Shown: positions 9,860 through 19,100 of the stretch, piece after piece
Position numbering within the stretch: the stretch's first letter is position 1
Layout of the letters: each line of letters begins with the position of its first letter
NCBI GenBank assembly: GCA_965219535.1
Contig: CBDCNV010000002.1
Span: 1,020,001-1,052,000, forward strand
Origin: Opitutales bacterium
GTDB lineage: Bacteria; Verrucomicrobiota; Verrucomicrobiia; Opitutales; PNEW01
Length of the DNA: 32,000 nucleotides
Direction of reading: 5' to 3'
Notes under the pieces: generated by a model
What the model was told of the DNA's origin: nothing
Databases searched by the model: none
What the model saw: only the letters and a program-made list of their open reading frames with translations
Program-made: the position numbers and the translations under genes

Positions 9860-11365
9860 TCAAGAGGGATTATGAATAAGGAGCAATTCGACCAATGGTT
9901 CCTTATTTCCCAGGGTGATTGAATCACCGGTTGCTAAATATTGTGTGTTGGCGACAGGTTGTTTGTTGAGGCGTGTGGTGTCGGCATATTCCGTTTCGAT
10001 TTTTAAACCCTCGCGCGTAAAGTAAATGTGGCAGTGTTGTTTGGCAATGGCCTTATTATCTGAATTAATGCGGAGTCCATTTTGGTCGTTATCAATTTCG
10101 GTCCCTATGATAAAATGATCACCACTCAGGGGAACGGAGATTCCTTCATATACGATATGGGTTGGAAGGGGATGGGCTTTCGGGCGTGATTCCTTTGAGT
10201 CGACAGCGGCATCAGCCGGTAGTGCATTCTCCTCAGGATTTGAAACAGGAGTGTCAAATACTGATTCGTCAATGGGTATTTGAGTAAGAACAGGTGTCTG
10301 ATCAAGCGATTCCACGAGTGGGGTATCCACCGCAAAGGTGGCGCAACCTTTCGCCGCTGAAGCAATATCTAAATGAATGAGATTAAAATCCCTCCCTCCC
10401 TTTAGCTTATTTGAAAGACCAGGTACACGAGAGGCACGATCTGTCAGGTAGAGAGAGCAGGGTCCATCTCCAACAATTGAAGATGCTTTGCTTACGACCT
10501 GAACAATGGAATCGTTGACTGTATCGAGATCTCTTGCGAGGGAATCAAGAGTAACAACTATTTGGCGTGGTCGTTTTAGTCCACCCAGTTCGAGAGAACA
10601 TTCAGGTGCATAGCGTAATTCATCGATGAGGCGCCGTATTTGATTATAGAATGCCTGCTCGGTTTTTCCATCGTGGGTAACATCAAAAGCGGTCTGGCTT
10701 AAGAAGCGATTGGCTAGTTTTGGCATTAATTCATTTATAATATGAGCATAGCCCAAATCTGAGAAACGGACGATATGTTGTCTCTCAATTACCTCACCTA
10801 CTCTAATCACAGTTACGACGATAGTATATTGATGAATGTCAAGGTGGAGGGCAGTAAAAGGGCGTGTATCAATTGAAGGGAGATGGGGAATGATTGAAGC
10901 GCAGGCCATATCGACGATCCCGGCTAAAGGGATTTTTAAATCACGCGCCATGCTTAAGATTAACCCGATTTCCAATTCTTCCTCGTCATCCTCAATAGCG
11001 ATGTAATGACCCGGCAGAGCAAAAACAACTTTTTCAGCAGGGAGACCACTCCCATTTAATCGCGACCATAGGTGTTTTAAATGATGGAATGCGAGTTCGG
11101 AAAATAATGGATTCTTTCCTCCTGCAGAAATAATCGAGGGGCGAAGAGAGAGTTGATCCCAACAAGTATCAGTGACAATTCGCGGATGAATTCGTGAGAG
11201 GTTTTCAGCTTCCCGGCCGGCAAGGTAGTCGCTCCCATTAAAATAAATGAAACCCGGACTCGACGGGCCATCCGTTTCAAGTGGGACTAATCGCTCCTGC
11301 TCACCTACACGCGCCGCGGCAAGAAATCCTTCATCACAAAATTCCAGGCCGAGTGTATTAATCAT
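9860..11365 (-). CDS. Degenerate Hsp70/actin-fold (ASKHA-like) protein with a C-terminal FHA-like domain
   Basis: The Hsp70-like order of blocks is kept but the nucleotide motifs are eroded. GLEFCDEG replaces GIDLGTTNS, VVFALPGHY replaces ViTVPAYF, ALHLDIHQYTIVVTV replaces DLGGGTFDV, and LYLTDRASRVPGL replaces vLvGGstRiP. The C-terminal ~90 aa (HFIIGTE...IAKQHCHIYF...TTRLNKQPV...LATGDSITLG) have FHA-like spacing but lack the canonical GR/SxxH/NG residues. Confidence 0.6.
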   Translation of the reverse strand: MINTLGLEFCDEGFLAAARVGEQERLVPLETDGPSSPGFIYFNGSDYLAGREAENLSRIHPRIVTDTCWDQLSLRPSIISAGGKNPLFSELAFHHLKHLWSRLNGSGLPAEKVVFALPGHYIAIEDDEEELEIGLILSMARDLKIPLAGIVDMACASIIPHLPSIDTRPFTALHLDIHQYTIVVTVIRVGEVIERQHIVRFSDLGYAHIINELMPKLANRFLSQTAFDVTHDGKTEQAFYNQIRRLIDELRYAPECSLELGGLKRPRQIVVTLDSLARDLDTVNDSIVQVVSKASSIVGDGPCSLYLTDRASRVPGLSNKLKGGRDFNLIHLDIASAAKGCATFAVDTPLVESLDQTPVLTQIPIDESVFDTPVSNPEENALPADAAVDSKESRPKAHPLPTHIVYEGISVPLSGDHFIIGTEIDNDQNGLRINSDNKAIAKQHCHIYFTREGLKIETEYADTTRLNKQPVANTQYLATGDSITLGNKEPLVELLLIHNPS

Positions 11366-11392
11366 TATCTGAGGGAGAAAAAATTCAGGTTA

Positions 11393-12262
11393 TCAAGTAA
11401 TCGACATCTCGCTTTCCTCCTTAAAAGGGATCTTCATTACAGCGAGGAGTTGATTTCTGCAGTATTCTTCGGTTTCGAGTATGAGACTTTCTTGCCGGGA
11501 CTGCAAAAGGTGAATGAAATACATAAGAATAATACTGAGAAAAAGGGCAATCAACGTAGAGTTAAAAGCGAGACCGAGAGAATCAGTCACGCCTTGGATG
11601 TTGCCCCTTATCGCCTGGTCTGCCTTGGTCAATGCTTCTCCGATACCACGCACGGTACCGATAAATCCGACCGACGGGATCGCCCATGCCACGTAACGGA
11701 CGAGGGATAGCTCAGAATCCAGCCGGTCCGCTTCTGATTCTGATATTTCTCTCACCGCCTGAGAGACATCTTGAATGGAGTGCGAAGATTGAAACCTTCG
11801 AAGGGCGGTAAGCACGACACGGGGTAATAATTTATCTGCGTATTGCGGTATATTGGCGAAACGCGTTTCCACTTCTTTTGAGTGGGCAAGTGCTTCTTCA
11901 GGAATGATCCTTTCCCCCGTTTCTATATCCAATAAATTTTCATTTAAAATCGATTTTTCCTGCCAGACTTGGCGAAGTTTATAGATAACAATCATCATCG
12001 CCCAGACCATTAGGGTGAAACAGACCTGTTGCTCGTAATCTTTAATAATAACAAAAATTGTGCGTTCAGGTACGAAACCGGTATCCGATTGCTGAGCGGC
12101 TTTTAATGTATTGGCTATTTGGATTTTCGCGGCTTGCGCACGAATACCTAATTTGGGTAATTCATAGATAAAACCGATTAAGACGATGGAAATCAAAAGT
12201 CCGGCAAATTGGTAAATATTCTCTCTGGAAAAGAGGCTACTTTTAGAATTATTAGCTGCCAT
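11393..12262 (-). CDS. MotA/TolQ/ExbB-family proton channel (stator A-subunit-like)
   Basis: Four predicted TM helices, with a ~90-aa cytoplasmic insert between TM2 and TM3. The C-terminal signature is WAIPSVGFIGTVRGIGEAL...GLAFNSTLIALFLSIILMYF, matching the ExbB/MotA pattern aPllGLlGTV.Gm...AL.tTa.GL. It is first in a four-gene minus-strand operon. Confidence 0.8.
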   Translation of the reverse strand: MAANNSKSSLFSRENIYQFAGLLISIVLIGFIYELPKLGIRAQAAKIQIANTLKAAQQSDTGFVPERTIFVIIKDYEQQVCFTLMVWAMMIVIYKLRQVWQEKSILNENLLDIETGERIIPEEALAHSKEVETRFANIPQYADKLLPRVVLTALRRFQSSHSIQDVSQAVREISESEADRLDSELSLVRYVAWAIPSVGFIGTVRGIGEALTKADQAIRGNIQGVTDSLGLAFNSTLIALFLSIILMYFIHLLQSRQESLILETEEYCRNQLLAVMKIPFKEESEMSIT

Positions 12263-12594
12263 GGTAAATATTACTCGATCGGGTGACCTTATGAGTATCG
12301 TAAAAGAAATTATATTTCGTTAGATCGCATGCGGAAAGTTTAGTGCCAAAAAAGTTAATTTTTTACCGCCAATGATCGATCTCAGATGTCATAAATTGTT
12401 AATAATAAACGTTGACCCACGGAACATGTCAATTTTTCCCTTGTCTGTTAAGCTATTATCTTTTCAATTGCCAGTTCGTCTAGTTTTTACTTGAAAAAAG
12501 AAGGTTTCAGAGATAGAGTTTATGCGCTTATCTGCCATTAATAAATCAACTCGAAAATAGTTGCCTAAGCGATGAAATTGGAGGGGAATAATTT

Positions 12595-12603
12595 TGTTAT
12601 AAT
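12595..12603 (+). promoter_or_regulatory. Extended -10 promoter element (TGnTATAAT) upstream of the lipoprotein genes
   Basis: There is an exact TGTTATAAT at 12595-12603, 68 nt upstream of the ATG at 12671, in a 408-bp AT-rich divergent intergenic region. No good -35 is present. The sigma-factor consensus in this lineage is assumed, not known. Confidence 0.3.
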
Positions 12604-12670
12604 ATGCTCATATCAAATAATCCAATTAAGGAGCAGACAAGGGGGTAATTAAATTTTCTTAAAGCTTGTC

Positions 12671-13243
12671 ATGACTATTCATACTCGAGAAATAAAATTT
12701 CTATTTAATATGCTAATACTGGTTGTCGTTACCAGCGGTTGCACAACATCAACAGGTTCAACTACCTCACGTGGTGCAATGAAGGGAGCAATGGCAGGTG
12801 CTACGGCGGGGGCGATCATCGGTCATCAAAGTGGTGAAACTGGTGAAGGGGCAGCAATCGGCGCAGCGGCCGGTGTTGTCATCGGTGGTTTAATTGGTGC
12901 CGCGAAAGAAGCCCAAGAGCGAAAAGATCAAGAGACGCTCGCCCAGCAAAGAGCACATCAGCAGGAATTATCGAAAATGCGTAAAGCGAAGGCTGAAGCC
13001 CAAGCCATGCGCGCTAAACAGTTAGCTATCGCCGAAGGTATGAGGATTACAGAAACTGAAGTTACCGAAGCAGAGATTAGGGCACGCAATGCGGAAAAAC
13101 GCCTGAAAGAACTACAATCAGAATTAGAATCAGCACTTTCACGCAGTCAGGCTATCGGTCAAGCTGAAGAACGAAAATTATCGGCCGAAGAAGAAATACG
13201 CAGACTTGAAAGAGAACTGGAAGAATTAAGGGCAAAAAATTAG
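12671..13243 (+). CDS. Lipoprotein with a glycine-zipper segment and a C-terminal charged coiled coil
   Basis: Signal peptide plus lipobox (LILVVVTSGC). Glycine zipper GAMKGAMAGATAGAIIGHQSGETGEGAAIGAAAGVVIGGLIGAA. The last ~110 aa are E/K/R/A/Q-rich and heptad-like. An alternative start is Met at 12710. Confidence 0.6.
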   Translation: MTIHTREIKFLFNMLILVVVTSGCTTSTGSTTSRGAMKGAMAGATAGAIIGHQSGETGEGAAIGAAAGVVIGGLIGAAKEAQERKDQETLAQQRAHQQELSKMRKAKAEAQAMRAKQLAIAEGMRITETEVTEAEIRARNAEKRLKELQSELESALSRSQAIGQAEERKLSAEEEIRRLERELEELRAKN

Positions 13244-13316
13244 CTTTTAGGAATACATTAATTTTAAAAATTTAGTCATACACTGATCGAGACGTTATTT
13301 AAAAAAGGAGTAGAAC

Positions 13317-14039
13317 ATGCGTGAACATAAAATTGAATTCACACCCTTTATTACACTTCTGGCCGTGCTGGTACTTGCGGGTTGTTCATCGACCTATTCC
13401 TTCAAAGTTGACGCGATTAATAATCCCGATCCAAATGTTAAAGAACTTAAATCTTATAAAATTGTCAGTTCAAACTCCCAGATTAACGAGGACGATTTAG
13501 AGTTTCAGGAAGTTTCCCAATACATTAAAACTGCCTTATCGGGCAAAGGGTACTATGAAGCGCCAGCAATTGATAATGCCGATATGGTTATCGATGTTTC
13601 TTATGGGGTAAGCGAACCCCAGACTGATTTTAAAACTAAGACCAGCCCTGTTTATGGTCGGTCTAGCGGAGGGTACAAAACGATCTCGACACCAGTTATT
13701 GATAGAAATGGTAACGTCAGGTATGTGAATAGTACCGTTTTTACCCCCGCCCGGGTTGAAATGATCGGGGTGCAAGAACAGATAGTCCCGATAATCACAT
13801 ATGAAAAGTATTTGCGGATGACGTCACGTGACAATCGCGATGTAGAAAATAATGAGAGCCCGACCCAGGTGTGGAGCATTTATGTTAAGAACAAAGATGA
13901 AAGTGAGGATTTAAGAAAGTATGTTCCCCTCATGGCAGCGGCGGCAATACCTTATGTGGGTGAGAATACAGAAAATCAACAGGAAATTAAAATCAAGGAA
14001 GAGGATGACATCGTTGATTTTGTAAAGAAAGGTTTATAG
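13317..14039 (+). CDS. Lipoprotein (DUF4136-like)
   Basis: AAGGAG lies 7-12 nt upstream of the ATG. The signal peptide has the lipobox LVLAGCSS. Organisation after the Cys resembles DUF4136 lipoproteins; this family call is from memory. Confidence 0.55.
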   Translation: MREHKIEFTPFITLLAVLVLAGCSSTYSFKVDAINNPDPNVKELKSYKIVSSNSQINEDDLEFQEVSQYIKTALSGKGYYEAPAIDNADMVIDVSYGVSEPQTDFKTKTSPVYGRSSGGYKTISTPVIDRNGNVRYVNSTVFTPARVEMIGVQEQIVPIITYEKYLRMTSRDNRDVENNESPTQVWSIYVKNKDESEDLRKYVPLMAAAAIPYVGENTENQQEIKIKEEDDIVDFVKKGL

Positions 14040-14085
14040 TAGTCTATACGATTTAGCTATCAGCGAATCTGAATACTTTCTAGTA

Positions 14086-14116
14086 AACGAACCCATCTAC
14101 GGGGTTCGTTTTTTTT
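14086..14116 (+). terminator. Rho-independent terminator
   Basis: A perfect 9-bp stem, AACGAACCC (14086-14094) pairing with GGGTTCGTT (14102-14110), with a 7-nt loop. It is followed by a T-run through 14116, about 47 nt after the stop at 14039. Confidence 0.75.
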
Positions 14117-14249
14117 ATGACGTAAACGGCCGATGACCGTTAGTTTCCCTGTGGAGCAAAGAGCTGATATTCCCCTTTGATATTCGGATTGTTTATTATC
14201 GCTAAATTAGTAATGAATATAAATTCTGTAGATAATTGAAATTAATTTT

Positions 14250-14750
14250 ATGACAAAAGTTGAGATTTTTGATGTAGTTGACGATGAGGATAAAGTGCTC
14301 AGACAAGAGACGCGTTCAGAAGTCCACCGACAGAAGTTAAAGCACCGCGCCGTGCATATTTTGATTTTTAATGAACAGGAACAGCTTTTTTTGCAGAAAA
14401 GATCTCTGCTCAAAGATAATTTCCCAGGATTATGGGATTCTTCAGTGGCTGGACATCTCGATGCAGGTGAAGATTATGACGCAGCTTGTATACGCGAAGT
14501 GAATGAAGAACTTAATGTGACATTCGAAGACCCACCTGAAAGACTCTTCAAAATTGATGCATGTCCAGAAACGGGATATGAGTTTGTCTGGGTCTATCGC
14601 GGTTTCCATGAAGGGCCGTTTAATCTTAATCACGAGGAAATCGATTGCGGTGAATGGTATAATCCTGACGAGGTAAAGCGATGGGTGGAAGATAAGCCAA
14701 TGGATTTTGCCACCGCCTTTGTCCTGATCTGGAAATTATATTATGGGTGA
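14250..14750 (+). CDS. Nudix hydrolase, IDI-like subfamily
   Basis: The Nudix box is GHLDAGEDYDAACIREVNEELNV (GX5EX7REUXEEXGU with G replaced by N). PGLWDSSVAGH aligns with E. coli Idi PGVWTNSVCGH, but the catalytic Cys is Ala. Confidence 0.75.
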   Translation: MTKVEIFDVVDDEDKVLRQETRSEVHRQKLKHRAVHILIFNEQEQLFLQKRSLLKDNFPGLWDSSVAGHLDAGEDYDAACIREVNEELNVTFEDPPERLFKIDACPETGYEFVWVYRGFHEGPFNLNHEEIDCGEWYNPDEVKRWVEDKPMDFATAFVLIWKLYYG

Positions 14751-14855
14751 TAAATTATTTTTTCCCCACCTATAAATTACCGTTTTCATTTAGAATAAAA
14801 TGTGACGACATGTTTTATCTTTTAAAACTAAATACAAAAATTTATTTAATAGCTT

Positions 14856-16136
14856 ATGACTACGTCGTTTGAAACTGCGATCTGGGTACTGTGGGGACTT
14901 TGGTTGCTCCAGGGGCTTTTTGGATGGTTTAATGTATTTATGTATCGTATCAGAATGCGATGGCAGGACGAGCGCTTGGCTGCACCTCTCCAAAAACCGC
15001 TGCTACCAGCTGTTTTATTGGCCCCGATGAAAGGGATTCGCCATAATTTCGAACCGTATGTAGGCGAGTTACTCAATCAGGATTATCCGAATTATCACGT
15101 GATCTTCTCAGTAGAATCAACGCGTGATCCCCTTTACAGTAAGCTTCGAGACAGGATCGGATTGAGAGATGATAAATTGATTTGGAGACCTGAAGAAGAA
15201 CCTGCGCCCCAGGGCTCACCTCAAGTGTCACGAGGATTAAAAAGGGTGCAGCTTATAATTGCAGGTCTTTGCGAGACCGGCGCACAAAAGGTGCACAATC
15301 AACTTCAGGCATTGCGAGAGTTGCGCGATGAAGACGCACTGATTGCGGCAAGTGATGCGGATATTCTACCCCCACGGAATTTATTGCGGCAATTGCTTGG
15401 TCCTCTGAACCAGGGCACCCATACGGCTTCAACAGGTTACCGATGGATTATCCCCATGAACCGAAATCTGGGGATGTTAACGGCAAGCGTTGTCAATGGA
15501 TCGGTGGCTACAATGGGTGGCCCCGAATGGTGTAATTTGATGTGGGGTGGGGCGCATGCGTTGACAAGAGAATTCCATGAAGAAATAGATCTCACCGACA
15601 AATTTGTCGGCGCCTTTAATGATGACTTACAGACCGCCTATCATGTGCGCAAAGCTGGAAAAAAAATTGCCTACCTGCGTTCGCTTATGCTGCCCAGTCC
15701 TGAAGATTATAATTGGTCTTCAATGTTTGAATTTAGCTGGAGGCAATATTTTCATGTGCGCATATACGCACCCTGGGCCTGGTGGTCAGGTCTTTTCGTA
15801 ACCGCCCTCTATCTATGCGCAACATTAACCGCATGGAGCGCGATATTTACCGGCTATTTCAAAGCTTTCATCCCTATTGCTTTCGTTTTTGTGCTCAACG
15901 AAATGCGTGCGCATCAGCGCATTGAATTAATGAAAACTTTATTCAGCGGTAAACATTTAGAGGCGTTGAAGCCGACATTTGCCCTCGAACGTTTCGCGAC
16001 TTTTTTCTGGATTTTTGTTCATTTCCTTACCATCTGTCGTTCGGGTATCGGGCAAGTCATTACCTGGTCCGGCATTACTTACCGTGTCACAGGGCGTCAA
16101 AAAACGGAAGTAATTATGAGGAATGAGGGTGTTTAA
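14856..16136 (+). CDS. Membrane glycosyltransferase, GT2/GT21-like (ceramide glucosyltransferase / HpnI-like)
   Basis: N-terminal TM helix, then LLAPMKGIRHNFEPYVGELLNQDYPNYHVIFSVESTRDP (compare GT21 LKPLKGvD.NL...DYP.ye..fcV.d..DP). Also GAQKVHNQL (NPKvnNL-like), ASDADILP and NDDLQ. Several C-terminal TM helices follow. Confidence 0.6.
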   Translation: MTTSFETAIWVLWGLWLLQGLFGWFNVFMYRIRMRWQDERLAAPLQKPLLPAVLLAPMKGIRHNFEPYVGELLNQDYPNYHVIFSVESTRDPLYSKLRDRIGLRDDKLIWRPEEEPAPQGSPQVSRGLKRVQLIIAGLCETGAQKVHNQLQALRELRDEDALIAASDADILPPRNLLRQLLGPLNQGTHTASTGYRWIIPMNRNLGMLTASVVNGSVATMGGPEWCNLMWGGAHALTREFHEEIDLTDKFVGAFNDDLQTAYHVRKAGKKIAYLRSLMLPSPEDYNWSSMFEFSWRQYFHVRIYAPWAWWSGLFVTALYLCATLTAWSAIFTGYFKAFIPIAFVFVLNEMRAHQRIELMKTLFSGKHLEALKPTFALERFATFFWIFVHFLTICRSGIGQVITWSGITYRVTGRQKTEVIMRNEGV

Positions 16137-16149
16137 ACCGATCCTCAAT

Positions 16150-19100
16150 TCAGTGGCTGTTAGTATAATCGCGAAAATCCACGCGGAAAAGTACCGCGTA
16201 AAGCAATGGAACAATTCCAAGGACGAGGAGGGTGGCAAATAATAATCCAAAGATAATCGCCACCGACATCGGTTGAAAAGTCGGATTACCTCTAAAGTAG
16301 AGGGGAAGAATCCCTCCAATGGTCGTGACAGTTGTTAGAAGAATAGGGCGTAATCTGTTTAATGACGCTTCAACTATACTTTCTTGAGTAGAGAGACCCT
16401 TAATATCCAGGTTTATGCGAATGCGGTCGATTAGAATTATCGCGTTATTAACGACGATTCCAGTGAGAGAAACGACGCCGACAAGAGTCATAAATCCGAA
16501 AGGCTGTTTGGTGACAAGCAATCCGACAACTACCCCGATGAGTCCCATAGGAACGGCGCAGACAATAATAAAAGTTCTACGGAAGGATCGCGTTTGTCGA
16601 ATAAGCAGGAGGACAATCAGAAAGGCAGTCCAGGGAAGCTTATTTATAATAGACTGGTTAGCCTTGCTGGATTCCTCACTTTCGCCGCTGATCAAAACAC
16701 TGTAATCACTCCCCCAATTATTTTTTTGCTCTGCAATCCATTGCTTTAATTGAGTATCCACATCTTTAGCTTTGACCCCCTTCTGGATGTCGGCCCGCAC
16801 GGTTACCGTGCGCTGGAAATTTCTCCTCACGAAAGACGCTGTTTCACGTACTTCCTGGATTTCAGCAATATCTTTGAGGAGCACAGTCGTCCCACGTTTG
16901 ATTATTGAATGGATATTCAATGATTCAATTTTTTCAATCTCATTGTCCCTATCGACAGTGGCATGAACATTAATGGGGATGATGATATTTCCCTCGCGCA
17001 TCGTAGTGGCAGGGTACCCAGTTAGCAGCGACTGGAGAGATATCGCCACATCGGCATGAGTAATACTGGCGAGACTGGCTTTCGTTTCATCGATTACGAC
17101 TCGGTATTTTTTTACCGGTGGCCCCCAATCATCATGGATGTTGTAGGTGCCAACTATAGAGCGTAGTTTGTTTTTAACTTCATCGACGATGCGGAAAATG
17201 CCATCAACGTCTTCACCTGAAACGCGGGCTTTGATCGGGTATCCAACGGAAGGACCTGATTCTAGGGGACGCGCGCGAATTTGCGCCTCAGGAAAATTCT
17301 CGGCGCAATAGTTCTCAATAGAATGAATCATTTCGGGAATGATTTTAACCGAGGTGAGATTAAAAAGGAAATAAGCGTATTCAGGATTATATTCAACCGT
17401 TCGGTGATTAAGAATAAAGCGTGGAGCGTTCCGACCGACAAAAGTCGCCCAATTTGTGATACCTTCTCCTCCATTTTTTTCGGCTCGGAGATTTGCCTCT
17501 ACATAGGCGTCCACCGCGTCCACCGTTTTCTCTGTATGCTCAATCACCGTGCCCGCGGAAAATTCTATTTCCAGGGTAAATAAAGGGCGATCTGATGGCG
17601 GAAAGAAAATTTTAGGGACAAAGCGAAAACAATATAACGAACCCAAAAATAAAAGCAGAGTGAGGAAAAGAATTAGAAAGGGGCGTGGCAGCATCCACAG
17701 GAGAAGGCGATGATATAAGCGGTAACCTGAGTGGTCTAATAAGTTTTTTTCCTTCTGCGTTTTAACTTTGAATAGATAGACAGAAAGCAATGGGGTAAGG
17801 GTGAAGGCAAAAAAAGTGGAAGAGAGAAGAGTTATCGCAACGATGGTGAAGAGTGGAGAAACATATTCACCGGCAGTAGATTGGGCGAGATAGATGGGGA
17901 GAAACCCGGATAAAGTAGTCAAGGCCGCGGTAATAAGAGGGCCATGTAATTCATAAGTAGATTCCTCAGCTGCGGAGACGGGAGTTTCGCCGCGCTCACG
18001 TAAGGTAAGGATGCGCTCGGATATGACAATGTGAGTGTCGACGATGATACCAAAGACGAGAATAAAGGCGGCAAGCGCGACGAGGTTTATATTTATGCCA
18101 AGACCCAGCATGATGACGAGTGCAGTAAGAAAAGTTAGCGGCATCATACTGGCGACTATAGACCCGGTGCGCAGCCCGAGGGTAATCATCAGGATTAACA
18201 TTACGATGATGAGACTTTGCACAAGATTACCAAAAAAGGCGTTCACGCGATTCGAGACACGCCCCGGTTCAAATGCAATGAGTTCTAATTCTACACCTGC
18301 GGGCACTTTATCCTTTAATGTGGTGAGCAGAGATTTAACTTCACGACCCATTTTTTCGATATTGCCACCTTTTCTTATGGACACCGCCAGACCGAGGGCG
18401 TTATTTCCCGAAGATTTCATAATGCTGTCCGGTGGTTGCTGAACCTGGCGTTTAACTTCTACCAAATCCCCTAAATAGTAGGACTCGTCATCATCGGGGA
18501 GGGAAACCTCCAGGTTTTCTATATCTTCTACCGAGGATAACTCACCTGCCAATTCGACCGCATAGCGCGAATTCCCCTCCCGGATACTCCCTCCCGGGGC
18601 GATAACATTTTGCGCTTCAAGATATTTGATTAAATGGTAAGGGGAAATTCCCGCATCAGCCATATCCGAATCAAAAAAATTAACCATGACACTTTCACTT
18701 CGATCACCCAAAGTGATGACTTTGGAAACATCGTCGAGGCGGAGTAACTCATCATGAACAGTCTCGGATACTTCTCTTAATTTAGTATAGGAAGAGTTTC
18801 CAGAGACGGTAACGATGGTGCCGAATACTTCACCGTACTCATCATTAAGGACCGGTACACCAACACCGTCTGGTAAATCACCTTTGACTCGATCTATCTT
18901 GCGGCGCAACCGATTCCATATAGGACGAATATCCTGGTAGCGGTCTTGAATTTTAACTAAAATCACCGAAGCATTTTTGCGCGATATGCAATGAATGGTT
19001 TCTACCTCCGGGACTTCGCGTACCGCCTCTTCAATTTTTCGTGTAACGAGACTTTCCACTCGTTGAGCAGAAGCGCCCAAGTATTTCGTAACAATTAACG

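Noticed and set aside
7726-12262. Assigning the MotA-like operon to a known system: flagellar MotAB, ExbBD-TonB, TolQRA-Pal, GldLM or Zorya.
   Set aside because: The window shows no OmpA-like PG-binding domain, no TonB/TolA-like Pro-rich protein, no TolB/Pal, no GldM-like periplasmic repeats, and no ZorC/ZorD/ZorE-like nuclease or helicase genes. The B-like subunits carry vWA domains instead, so I left it unassigned.
12628-12633. An AAGGAG Shine-Dalgarno-like hexamer in the divergent intergenic region.
   Set aside because: No ATG, GTG or TTG start lies at a suitable distance downstream. The nearest ORF start (12671) is ~38 nt away, so it is not a functional RBS for the annotated gene.
1711-18442. 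Nested, antisense or off-frame track ORFs inside or overlapping larger genes. Examples: 1711-2022, 2959-3351, 3137-3397, 3375-3599, 3656-3889, 4856-5167, 8534-8848, 8839-9030, 9065-9286, 9376-9606, 9638-9835, 10126-10365, 11077-11280, 11450-11710, 13536-13879, 14207-14413, 14442-14633, 14790-15076, 15604-15801, 15957-16319 and 16415-18442.
   Set aside because: Each overlaps a longer ORF that has clear family motifs. Their sequences are compositionally odd (Ser/Arg/Pro/Cys-rich), typical of off-frame translation.
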